Shown here: positions 24,101-37,200 of the stretch, piece by piece
How positions within the stretch are numbered: position 1 is the first letter of the stretch
Layout: the number at the start of each line of letters is the position of its first letter
Origin: Azolla caroliniana
Taxonomy: Eukaryota; Plantae; Polypodiophyta
NCBI GenBank assembly: GCA_043228905.1
Contig: JBHGNT010000070.1
Span: forward strand, 62,498-126,497
Length of the DNA: 64,000 bases
Direction of reading: 5' to 3'
The notes under the pieces: generated by a model
What the model was told of the DNA's origin: nothing
Databases searched by the model: none
Seen by the model: the letters and a program-made list of their open reading frames with translations, nothing else
Made by a program: the position numbers and the translations under genes

Positions 24101-25559
24101 TCATGCCACATAGGGGTATCACAATATTTTTGAAACCATCAAGATATTCTTGTAGATATCTGAGGAGTCAGGGGTGTGTTATTTCCCAAATTTTCCTCTG
24201 CAAACACCCTTGTCAAGCATATTAATTGAGCAATCTGTCTCCATTTCCTCCCGTTTTTAGTGGTTAATTGGATGCGGCATTTCAGAAATGAAGAACAACG
24301 TAGGGATATCCCGAAGTTTTCGCTTGTCATTATTCCAAAATCAATGGATTTGCAAATTCTGTTGGTGGATGCATTCCATGAGCTATATATGACTTGGAAG
24401 AGTTAGTACACTAATCTTCTTCTTGTGCATAACCATAACTAAACAAGTTTCGCTAGTCTTGTTCAAATACAAACATTATTCCTTACATTGATCGATCTTC
24501 TCTTACTCGAAGAGGAAATGCATGAACTTTACACGCCAAATCTTTTTCAAATACACTGGCTATTCCTTAAGATTATCAATAAAATAGCTATGTGGCAAGT
24601 AAACATATAGGCTATTGCTTAAAATGATCGACAATGGTCACTTTATGCACTACAATCATTGTTACTTCAAGACCAATCAGACAAGTTCTGCCCACCAATC
24701 GTTATTCAAATACTTAGGTTATTAGTATTGGTGTAACATTGGTTACGTGTTTTCTGTTAGGTTGAAGTATGAAGGCTCACCTTATCATGGTGAAATTGAG
24801 CACTCATGATTGTCTCATCTATCGAATTCTTTATAATCCGACCAATATCGTCCGCTACGAATCTTGGCTACAGTTACATACAATGAATTTCAATTAATGA
24901 TCTCTACTTGATTCAAAATATCTTTATTATAAATTAACTTTGCACACACAGACACAAACAAGACAAGGAATTGCTACATGAGAACACTTCCTTTCGGACA
25001 TGATACAAATTTTATTTGTAATTGGCACACAGGCATGGATATTGATGGACAACAAACACATAATAAAGGTGAATACATACATCAATTTGAGATCCAATAT
25101 GGACAATGACAAATAGATGATGGTAATGACCAAAAAACACATATTAACAAACAATGAATACATACATCGATTTGAGATTCGGTCGATTCCATCAAATTTG
25201 TCACAGCAAATTATATATCTCCAACAGATGATGGCGGGCTCATGTGATGTCAAACGAGCATCAAAATCTCCAAGGCAAGCCGGCACAAATTAGAGAAAAC
25301 GCATGCATTTTATTGAAATCTTTGGTTCTGTAGCAAGACAAACAACTTTTTCTCCTGTTGAACATCTAATTGTCACATGATAGCAAAGAGTAGGGGAGGG
25401 AAACCGATGTTTGTGAGTTTGTCCTACACACAAAACTCATAGATTTACCATGCATTGTATAACTAACTAAACTAACATTTCATGTCTGTCAGGAGGAATT
25501 GGGATAATTCGATCATGCTTGATGCATTTCTCCCATGCAAACATATGCAAATCCATCTA

Positions 25560-25562
<3 letters not shown>

Positions 25563-25645
<83 letters not shown>

Positions 25646-25856
25646 CACCTGCACTCCTTTCCTTAATTCCTTTCTTGTGTTCAAGAGAAGAAGAGAAGGA
25701 AAGAACAAAAGAAGGAGATTTGTAGTTATATTTTCTATATGAGCTTTCATGGCTGTGTCCAAACCTTGGCGGACAAAATGCACATACATAACATAACATA
25801 CATACATACATACATACATAACATACATACATACATACATACATAACACACATAAC

Positions 25857-25889
<33 letters not shown>

Positions 25890-26052
25890 CATAACACACA
25901 TAACACATACATACATACATACATACATACATACATACATAACACATACATACATACATACATACATACATACATACATAAATACAGATGGAGACATAAC
26001 ATATGTCATACATATGTATATACATACATATATACATACCTACATACCTACA
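25563..26052. repeat. (GA)n at 25563-25643 and a degenerate (CATA)n tract at about 25781-26052
   Basis: Directly visible. Confidence 0.97.
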
Positions 26053-26229
26053 TTATGCTCAGTGGAGTTTGTTTTTTTAAAGATATCCTTTCATTAGTGT
26101 AAACAATTTACAAGGTTTTGAACTCTACGTGATGTGTGGAAACAACCATTTTGGTGATTGAAAGTGCCAGAAAGAAGTGCCATTCTTGGAGGTCATAAGT
26201 GGAGTAGCTATCCACAAGGTAAGTAACTC

Positions 26230-27383
26230 ATGACATTGAGCGGCTTTAGAGGCTTCTGTTTTTATGAGGCGGATAAAATAAATGAATTGTCCCAATCGAA
26301 GGAAATGGTAATCAATTATCCTTATGCTAATGAACACAAGATAAGGGTAATCGGATACGTTGATCGTAAATGGTATATTGATCCACCTATAGAGGATATA
26401 AGGTCACATTGGAAGTTGTGGGTATTGGCTAAACAACCTTTGTTGATTATCAGTGGACAAATCCATTTTACTTTAATTTTTTCCAATATTCTATGCAATT
26501 GGGAATACATGTGGTTTAGGATAGACGTGATGTGTTACCAACTCCATTTCACTTTAATTTTTTCCAATATTCTATGCAATTGGGAATACATGTGGTTTAG
26601 GATAGACGAGATGTGTTACCAACTGCATTTCAATATTGGAGACAACAAAGTATTACTCCGAAGCTCCTTGCTAAATTATGGGTTAATCTATGGGCAAGAA
26701 AACAATGACAACAAATATTGCATGTACAATGGTTACTTGTACATCGAGCCTTGCCTGTATGCACATGGTTACATAAGATGGGCATATCCTCTAGATGTGC
26801 TCGTTGTCATTTACAAACTGAAACTCAAAAACGTTGTTAATGGGACTACATTGAGTCTCAACTGGTATGGCAACGCCTCCTTAGAATATTTGCTAACTAC
26901 TTTCCCCCTGGGCCATCAGTTTTCACATGGGGCATGTTCGTATGCTCAATGGAGTTTGATGAAACCTCTCTGCATTTTTCTCTCTCACAACCCTATCCTT
27001 TTTTACTTCAAGAATGTTGTGCATCCCTATCATGGCTTGCTGGGAAAATCTCAAACAAAAATGGGACTAGCTATGCGTTAAAATCAAGATTGATGCTCCT
27101 TTGATGATGGCAAACAAATGAAGATTGGACACATAAATCATAATGAGGACCTTATCTCACATGAGGCTCTAGTAGGAGACGTGTGAAATCACCCAACCAC
27201 TCAACCTGTAGCCAGTCGCTAGTTATGTATTGGTTCATACACATAGATCAAGTCTACATGGCTAGATGTTGCCCACCCTTCTAATGTGTGAGTGAGTATT
27301 AATCGTAGCCAACTAAAGGTCTTATGGTTGTGCACACATACGTCGTAGCATCACACCACTAACTCCCTTGGAAACAACTTACA
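26230..27383 (+). mobile_element. Possible highly degraded Gypsy remnant containing a 283-codon ORF with an 81-bp tandem duplication
   Basis: 26461-26541 is repeated at 26542-26622. There is weak resemblance to a retropepsin region. A purine-rich tract is followed by TG...CA at about 27182-27383. Confidence 0.25.
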
Positions 27384-27539
27384 CGACAATTTTGTTGGTT
27401 GGGTTCATGTGTCCTAGGTGAATTCATTTCATTTGTTTGCAAAATTTCTAATTTGTGAGGTTTTTTGTTTGGATCACTAATTTCCAAATAGGGCCTTTTG
27501 GGTGCATATATATGGTATTGTCAACTAGATTGCCCTAGG

Positions 27540-29005
27540 TGCCACAATTCACTTATCCACTACATTTTTTTCAACATCCCCAAATATATTGTTGGGGTTC
27601 AATAGCCTCTTCCTGGATTTGTTTTGGAAATTGTCACATTTGCCATGTAAATTGCAAAAATTGGACTTCAATTCACCAAGATATGTACTAGTCATTGCCA
27701 TATTGGTTGTATATATTAGGGTTCGTGAAAAAGAAATTCCTCAAAATAACCATTAGGACATGAATCACCAACTTTATTAAACACTTTCAAAAAGAAAAGA
27801 TTGTCTTAATGACGACCATAGTCGTGGAATTGAAGTACTCATTAACAACAAATGAGAATGATCCTTCTCTCTCATCGAAATTGAAGATTTCTCCCTTAAC
27901 CAATTCACATATCTCTTATATTGATTGAGTGCCTATATGAATTGCATGTGCTTGAGCCACTAGTGTACATTCTAATTTGTCGTTGTGTTATTGGTGATTT
28001 AAATTTTAAGAGAAGTATATGTGTCCTTTCCTAGACCGACTCTTGTCATTACATTCATCAACTATGCAATGCCAAGTCAATATACTTGAGAAACCTATTT
28101 TTGTCCTATCATAGGTAAACTATGTTTGTATTCATCAACTATGCAATGCCAACTAAGAATTTGGAGTATACCATACTTGCCAGCTACCAAAATGGATTCA
28201 TTTCATTCCATTATAACCATTTCTTTCACATTACTACTAGCATTTAAATTATTCAAAATCTAGTGGAGTATCCCAAAACCCTAGAATTTCAATAGCTATG
28301 TTTATCATCCCATCAATGACTGAGCATAATAACATCATCACCATCAAAATCATCCACAGTGTTTATAGTAGAACAAAAAATCACCTTCTCTATATCATTA
28401 ATACAATAACCAAAGGGGTGGTTAGGATTTTGCATAATTATTCATTAGGAAGAAAGCCTTGTGAAGCCCCTCTTTTGGTGGGAGTCTTTTCGATATGGCC
28501 ATTATCAATTCTAAAGAGTGGTATATTGGTCAAGATGGTCCAAGTCATATTCTAGGGGGGCCTTTTCATCCAATGACACCTCTTCTAAAAAAGATTTAAA
28601 AGTTGTTTCTTTTTTTGAGCTACAAGAACTTCACATGCCTCAACTTTAAAAGTTATTTCTTTTCTGGTGCAACAATTCACTTATTTGCTACATTTTTGTC
28701 AACATCCCCAAAATAGATTGTTAGGGTTCAATGGACTCTTCCTCTATTCGTTTTGGACATTGTCACATTTCCCTTGCAAAATTTGGACTTCATTTCACCA
28801 AACTAAGAAGCAATCTCCCCTTTATTGCTATTTTAATTGTTAATTAGTCATAGCCATATTGGCTATATTTATTAGGCTTCGAAAAAGAAATTGTTCAAAA
28901 TAACATGAATCGCCAACTTTGTTGAACACTTTCAAAAGAAATGATTTTCTTAACGATAACAATAATTATCGAACTGAAGTACTCATTAACAACAAATGAG
29001 AACGG
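27540..29005 (+). repeat. Diverged direct repeat pair at about 27540-27860 and 28668-29005
   Basis: Shared ACAATTCACTTAT, TCAACATCCCCAAA, TTGTCACATTT, TTGGACTTCA.TTCACCAA and AACACTTTCAAAA blocks in the same order. Confidence 0.85.
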
Positions 29006-30659
29006 TACTCACATTATTACTACCATTGCAAATATTGAAGGCATTATTAATGTCATGAAAAACAAGTCCATTTCAGCCTCTTTGGGTCTTGCCAAACCTT
29101 ACACTAACTAAACTCTTTTTCATTCACAAATTCTTGAAACAACATAATTATTAGTAAACTGTTTTTTAGTATTTTTATTGCAAATCTATGATCTCAACTT
29201 TGATGCACACTCTCCTAAACCTGCAGCTTCCACACTACAAGTCACACTCTTGTTTTATGACACATTCCTTCCTTGCCACAATAGTGTGATATCCACCAGC
29301 CTTGTTTGTGTATGTCTTTTGTTTCTAGGAGCAACCAATGGTAAGTTCTGAAAAGTGTCACAGCAATATCATCTACAAACAAAACTCTAAATATGTGACA
29401 GAAAAGGTTATCAAAGCAAAAAAAAACTTTTAAGAAAGGATGCGACAGGAAAAAGGAAATAACAGAAATGAGGATATGAAAGAGAAACAGCATATGAATG
29501 GTGATAGTCATCATCGCATCACATAAAACAATGAGTGGCATTATTTAAAATATTAAGATTCTTGGCCCTAATGAAGGGTGACCAAAACATAGCCTCAACT
29601 TGAATGATTGAATGTTTGATTCCAAATATACATCAGATATTGCAATATGTACTAGCTCTATTCACATAGCATTATAAAGAAAATTTATATAGGATATGAA
29701 TTACATCTTGAAAGCATGTAAAATCCATTACATTAGCATATAGGCCTAGTACACCATTGCTAATTTGATGCACTTTATGTGCTTATAACACCTCAGGAAA
29801 GAAGAATAAAATCCATACATTCTCAGATATATCGAGTTTTCCTTTAGAATATGGACAGAATGTCTGATAATAGTAACATTAACAAACAATGTAGCTCTCA
29901 ATCCGTTGAAACTATGAAGCCATATATCCAAATAAATTAATGAAGCTCTTCATCCATCACCCTTGAGCTCTGAAAGATGAAGAGCAAAATATTTTAGTAT
30001 GTATCAAAAGGCAATATCTATATTTTAGTATGAAAGATGAAGATTCTTCTAGAGGTGGTCTGAAACCAGTGGATACATTGGTATCAAAACATGGTATAAA
30101 TTTCTTAGGAAAATCTCTAACCACAATTGTCTTGTTACATAACTTACAATTCAACACAAACAAAATGAATGTTTGCAACACCTAACCATATAAGGTATTC
30201 TATGACTTAGTATGTCAACTTTTCCTCATAAAGCTATACTTTTTGTTTCTGATCTAAAATCATTAATAAGCTCCTCTACATGATGATGATACATAATCAG
30301 TGAGTTTCCCATATAGTAACCTCCCTTAACCAAGACAACCCCTTTTGTATAGTATAAACTTACAGTTTGTTGCACCGGCTACTCTCGTGCAACCAAGTTA
30401 CATCTTGTAGCATGTATGCTACAGTTTTATAACATAGAAAAAACAAATTTACATGGTCCAGATAGGTTAGACCACAAACTGTGGTGCAATCAGTGACAAA
30501 CAATGCCTTGAATTGTGTATCCATAGGAGGATTAATGAAAGCAGAGTTTCCTAAGACTGTATGGACATGGGAATTTTTTATACGGGTGAAAGATGTAATA
30601 AAGTTGCTATGGAGACTGAAAAAACTTCCAAAACAAGCATATGAAATTTCATACTTTTG

Positions 30660-32700
30660 AACCAGATTTGATCTAGTGGCTCTATGTCTAGTGTATCAAA
30701 TAGCTAGAGTTTAGTTGGTGGCTCTTGGAACTACAAATGTGCACATTGCCTTTTAAGAGCACCAAGGGCTGCATATCCACGAGGACATCAAGCACAAGAG
30801 TCTCCGGTGAGGAGAACCTGAGCCCTGTAAATGTTACTCCTAGGTATGCATAGGAGTGTGTGTGTGTGTGTACCACCTTTTCCTCTCCCAAGAATTCTGG
30901 TTCTGATCTTGTTAGCCATGCTTGAGTGGTGTTAAACATCATCACTTTAGTTTTATCCATGTTTATCAATGAAACTTTGTTCATACAAAATACCTTTAGG
31001 GAGATTAAATGGCTTTATAGTCCCTTTGGAGAGTTAGAAATCAGCACAATATCACCAGCATATAGTAATATTTGTATGTCTATACTCACTAGGCATGCTC
31101 CCGAACCCCCCAACCTCTCTACGTAATGCGATACCTCATCTCTGTAGAGACTGAAGAGACTAGGTGCTAGTGGGCATCCTTGTTTTACCCCAATTGTTCT
31201 AGCAATAGCCTCTAACAAACCATTAGGATACCACAGTTTTCATGACATGGATTCAAACAGTGCAGAGATTCCCTATTGCATATCTATAGGGACACGAAGG
31301 GCTTCTAGCTGTTGCATAAGCCAACACACCTCAGTGTCAAAGGCTTTTCTGAAATCCACAAAGCAGCAATAAATCCTCTTATTATGGGCTTTCTACCCTT
31401 CTCGATAAGGGCTCTGAGGGTCAATATGTGATCCAAAGTCACAAACCCCTTCCAGAAGCCTGCCTGTCCAGCTAAATGGCAGTGATTTTGCTCTGCCCAT
31501 ATACTCAATTCTGACTCTAGGATCCAGCCATGTAGTTTAGCCAAGTAGTGGCCAAGATTGTCCTATAGTTCCTCAGCATCATGGGGTCTCCACTCAAGGA
31601 TTGGCACAATGATATGTTCTGTCTATGTGGTAGGGAAACCTTCACACCTCGCTCTATTAAAGATGTGTGCTAGCAAATGGGAGCAAGATGTCATGGACAT
31701 AGATAAAGTGCTCACTATACAATTCATCATGATCCTGAGCCTTCCCAAATTGTAACCGATCAATGGCATTTCTTATATTTTGTAAAGTAAAAAAGGTAGA
31801 TTCATGTGGGCATGAGCATGTGGGTGGGGAAGTGGAGTTGCCCCAAGATATCAAATAGTACCTCGGAATATTCGTACCACACCTAAGACGAGGTCAGTTG
31901 TGTGAGAGGTTACCTCTCATTAAACATTTTCCATGCTCTTCTACTTTCTTGTCCTAGGAACAAGCAATACAAATGATTTTCAAATTTACCAAACAATCTC
32001 TTCTTCTTCCTTACAAGGCATTGGAAGGTTGTTCTTGCTTATTGTGTGTACAAATACCCCGAGTTACTTCGCGCTACAAGCATCTCCTTGTATCACGAGA
32101 TTCCTCATCATACCAATTATTTTGTATGACTACCAAGTTTGCGGGCATTGCCCATTGTGGGGAAAGGCATTTGTAGCTGCTTTATGCAATGACTTTGACA
32201 ATCCTTGTGACTTCATCTAGGGGTTCGAAAGGATCGGAATCTAGCATGCCATTATTTGAGGATATTTCATCCTTAAGGTATTGCACCCTATCATCCTTGA
32301 GCAAGTTTGATTTCTTGATAAGGCTAGTGATGTCTTTTCTTATCTCTTCTAATAACTCAATCTTGAGAGAGGCACACAGCTCTGTTTTTTATTTCTCTAT
32401 CTCCTTTTTCATTTCCTCTCTTAATGTTCTTTCTATATTATCTCTTATAAGATTGATCTCTTGCCTAATCAAATGGCTTAATAGATCATGTTTCCCCTCT
32501 TCGACATCAAATGGAACCTGCATTTTAGGTGCCTTGTGCCACCTTCTGGTGCTACTTGGGGTGCTTCATCTGGTCACTTTTTCTTCTATAGTATCTTCTT
32601 GGGGTCTTCCATGGATCTGGACCATCTTTGTAGGTATTGAGATCCATACCTTCATTTGCTATCCATTCAGAATCCATGGTCTCCTATAGTTAGGACAACG
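30660..32700 (-). mobile_element. Degenerate LINE of the same family as 36985-40480, with a putative ORF1 coiled-coil remnant joined to ORF2 by internal deletion
   Basis: Motifs IGVKQGCPLAPSLF, LLYAGD, INMDKTKVMMFNTTQAW and PHESTFFTLQNIRNAIDRLQFGKAQDHD. 32255-32690 encodes a helical E/K-rich stretch (LIRQEINLIRDNIERTLREEMKKEIEK). Confidence 0.85.
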
Positions 32701-33580
32701 GGTACAAGGTATGGCCAGAGACATGCAAGGGGAAAAGGGAATAGAGTGAAACCAGGAACATAGAGATTTGGCCAAGAGGACACAGAGATTAGTCAGACAT
32801 TACAGAAAATGCAGAGGATCAGAGATTGCAGGAAACTCCTGGAAACCCTAGGGTTACTAGCAATGCCGATTTTTATGCATTGCCTAAGAATTGGAAATAT
32901 GATTTATAAGGTTTGCCTTCCAAGGACAGATCAAATGCCAGGAAACAAATCCTGAGTTTGCTGGCTTACTTGCGAGCTTGCTTGATTGCGGGGAAATCAC
33001 AAAGAAGTTCCAGGACATGGGCGGCAAAAACCCAGAGATCTTGCAAGCAACACTGCTCGCCCGAATTCCGAATCATCTTCATTCACGTAGGAAGAAGCAA
33101 TAAGTGATGCAACTACGAATCTCATGGAGAGTTTGATCCTGGCTAAGGAGAGCACCCCGCGGAACATTAACAAATCTGAGTATTCCAACCAGTTGAGAGT
33201 GAAGAATGGTATTAACCAGAGGATCAGATATTACAGAAAAGGCAGAAGACACAGATATTAGGCAGACATTTCAGATAACCAGAGGACACTGTGATTAGCC
33301 AGACATTGCAGAAAACGCAGAGGGGTAAAAAATGTCTAAATGAGGATTCTTTGGATTGAAGTTTGACAAAGTTACAACTCAAGACGTATGAAGTCCTTGT
33401 AGCCCAAGAAAAGAAACAGCTTTTAAATATTTTTGGGAAGAAGTGTTTGGATGAAAAGGGCCCCCTTCGCATATGACTTGAACCATGATGCATTCCTTCC
33501 CATAGATTGCTCATGGATGGACAATCTTGACCAATATACCACTCTTTATAGATGATAATGGTCAGATTAAAAGATTGTTA

Positions 33581-33933
33581 CTACAGACATCGAGGAGGAT
33601 TATGATGGTGATGATGTTATTATGTCCACTCATTCATTAGATGATGAACATAACTATTGAAATTCTAGGATTTTGGGATACCCTAGTATGATTTTGAACT
33701 GTTTAAATTTACATCTACTTTCTGGAGTGTAGTATTGTGCTATTCCTAACATTATCTACAGACATCGAGGAGGATTATGATGGTGATGATGTTATTATGT
33801 CCACTCATTCATTAGATGATGAACATAACTATTGAAATTCTAGGATTTTGGGATACCCTAGTATGATTTTGAACTGTTTAAATTTACATCTACTTTCTGG
33901 AGTGTAGTATTGTGCTATTACTAACATTATCTA
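33581..33933. repeat. 175-bp near-perfect tandem duplication within a probable DNA-transposon end; inverted homolog at about 28243-28352
   Basis: CTACAGACATCGAGGAGGATTATG... starts at 33581 and again at 33756. A TIR-like TTACAACATTA lies at about 34074-34084. Confidence 0.9.
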
Positions 33934-34256
33934 ATGAATCTTACTTTTCAGATATTCTAATGGTTTAATTTAGTGATTTCCCTCATAGCTATTGTATCAA
34001 ATAATATGCATCTTCAAACACTATAAATACACTACCTATTGTTGAGCATTGTAGATCTACCATATCGTACGACTTACAACATTACTTTTAATGAGGCTTG
34101 TTTATCTCAATAATATTCATTATAGTATTCTGATATGCACACAAATCTGTATATATATCATACATAATAACTCAAAAGAAGAATTCTTTGTAATTGAAAA
34201 AAATATGGCCTGCAGGTAAAGGAGAAGTCGACCTCTTATCTGCCAATGAAATGGTT

Positions 34257-37200
34257 TCAAGAAGAGTAGTCTGGTCTAATGGATTTAAGCAGCATGGAAG
34301 AACCTTGGAAAATCATAATCTGCACCTGAGAGGCAAATTGCTGCAACTGTAACAAACACAAATAGTACACATGTTCAAAAGAGTTTCTGGATTAATATTT
34401 AATATTTTTAGCTTCGAAATTCTAATTTATGGAAAAGAAACAGTAGAAGAAGAACAATGTAAAAACCTGTTCATCATTATTAATCTTTGAGAAACCAAAT
34501 TTATTTATCCAGATTGATTCTGCCTCCTCTGCGGCAGGAAGGAGAAGGTGCTCCACTTGTAGTATACCAAGAAGCCTCTCTATGTTTAACATCAACACTT
34601 GGAAAAATCCCTACGCGAAGATGGGAATAAGATATCATTGTTATATTAATGGTCTATTAATAACCTACGAAATTGAAAAAAAGTCAGAAGGGAGAAAATT
34701 TCAGCATTGATCCTCACAAACACAATATACTCATGTTATCTCATCTTCTTCTATTACCAATGCATATTTCCATCTTCCAGTTGTCAATTAAACAACAAAT
34801 TTATGCAAAAAAAAGTAATGTTGTGAACGTTTTGAGATTATTTTTATCATAATGTCCACATTACCATTGGCATACTCTATGTTTAAATTCTGATTTCATA
34901 ATTGTTACCACAAATTTGCAACCTAAATACATTACAAGATTGTCATTGAATGCTGATAAGAAAAACTTTTACTTCATCAACTATTTGGAAGACAGTCAAA
35001 AGTTCTTTCTTTCTTTCTCTTCCTTCGTAGCATACATCGATTGAAAATTGTCATCAACCTATTGGATAAATGTCATTTTCTTAGGTGCAAAAAGTGAATT
35101 CTCCCGGCGGGGCAGTCTTAGCCGGAATGTCTGTTTATGATGCTACAAAGCTCACAATATAATTCATCAGTTCTAAGGCATAAGAGAATAATTATTTATA
35201 ATAATAATAAAACGAACCACTGTTTTTTCCACCATAGCTATTCGTTTCATTTCTTGATAAAATTCAATGTAAATATATAAAGGACTAAAAACAAAAAAAA
35301 AGTTTTTTTGGTACACGGGTTTACCTGTCCACGGTTGGCAGTGTTGGTTGCCACTAAAGGAAGTTCTGCAAAATGTCGTCCAAATATTCGAATTATTGCG
35401 GTTGATACAACTGCTTCCCTGATAAGAAATTGCACAATCTCGAGTTTTAAATCTCTTGAGTGTAACAAGCATAGACAGCTAGGCATTATCAATTTCAACG
35501 GAACATGACATACTTCCACTTAAGGACAGCACAATATACACCCCGGAAATCCTGATCCCGGATGCTTCGACTGCCGACAACAAGTTGAACAAAAACACAT
35601 AAGATAATAGCAAGAAGAATGGGCAAACCCACTAAATAACCCATTCATGTGATAAAAGCGATTCCATAGTTAGCATCACATCATATATTGTGGCTAAAAC
35701 ATATCAAAGAAATATACATCAACCTAGAATATAAGGATTGAGGATTCCTATGGAATTACTTAAGAGTTCAAATTTTACCTATGAACCATAAGGGAAATAA
35801 GATCTCGCCCTGAAGCTGCATCGATAATTGGATCAAAGCTTTCCTGCAATGACAGAAACACTGAATGTCAGAATGAATATTCATGCAGATGTTATTTTTC
35901 AAAATGCTCGAAAAACTGTTTTGTTACCATTAAGATTGTTGCAGCATTAGACAAGATTCTTCCATTCTCAGGGTCACCTCTTCTACCATGAAGCAACTGC
36001 CATGAAAACTCTGAATCTAGAAACTTCAACTCTTCACTGCTTTCTTGATCACGCTTCTTCTTAAGCATGTCAAAAATGCTCCGATGTATAGGTTGAGGTC
36101 CATTTACAACTAGTTCTTGAAGGGTCTGATGTATACGTGTACAATCCAAACCACAAAACCACTCGCCTGCTGGTAGCTCCTACAAATACAAAACCCTTTG
36201 AGCAAATCTAATAGAGAGTTCTACACTGATTTAAGATGCAAAATCACAAATTTCCAACTTCTATTCATCAACATGGTAGCAATTACACTTTGAATACCTT
36301 GAGGTCTGCTATACCTTCTTCCTTCATGCATCCAACATGATACTCTCTCTCACACTGCAGGCATATACACAGAAGAAGTACTACATTTAGGGCCTTCTTC
36401 AAAAGTTTAAAAAAGCACCAAACTTCTAGATGATTATAGACTTTACTTGATCACACAACAACACAGTCTTTTCACCAAAACCAGACTTTAAAAAATCGCC
36501 ATTCCTGCACATATAATACAACAAACCACATAAATCAAGGTCCTTATAGAAACGTAAAATTTGAATTAGCCACTCATTCCTGCAGCCTATTACTTGCAGA
36601 TCACACAGCCTCCTATTGCATTTTTCGAAACTTTAACAATTCTTTGACATCGATCTGATTGTTTCTCATTAACAGATGCAGCAAAGAGGTGTCCAGATGA
36701 TCGTGTGCTCTTTCGCTTTGGATGTTCACCCTTGCCTTCACAAGATGGACAATACCAATCACCTTCTGGTATACTCGATAACCCAGCACATTCTGCAAAC
36801 ACAGTGACACATTCGATAAATTCAGAGAGTAGTAAAATTAGATTCACCACACTCAACCTCGCTCTTTATTAAAGAGCCATCGCTGAGTACAATAAAAGTC
36901 ATAGATGTGCATAGCACATGGTCAGATAACCACTACAGAGGAGAACAGTGATTAGCAAGAATCCAAGAAGGAAAAGGTGCAAGTTTGACTATATGATGAT
37001 ATCATAAGATTTGCTACTATGGGGGACATAATACTATTAGGAGATTTTAATGCACAAACCAAGGATGAACAAACAACTATGTTTAACACCAACGAGGCTG
37101 TTTATGGATAAGTTATGGCGGAAGAGGTTGGTCTAAAGCGACAAGCTCAAGATATGAGTGCTATAACTAAATATGGAAAATACTTTCTAGCCTTGGGAAG

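Noticed and set aside
29258-29347. Possible extra terminal exon of the IDM1-like gene
   Set aside because: The gene already terminates at TGA 34257 after the expected GNAT C-terminus, and there is no evidence linking this segment.
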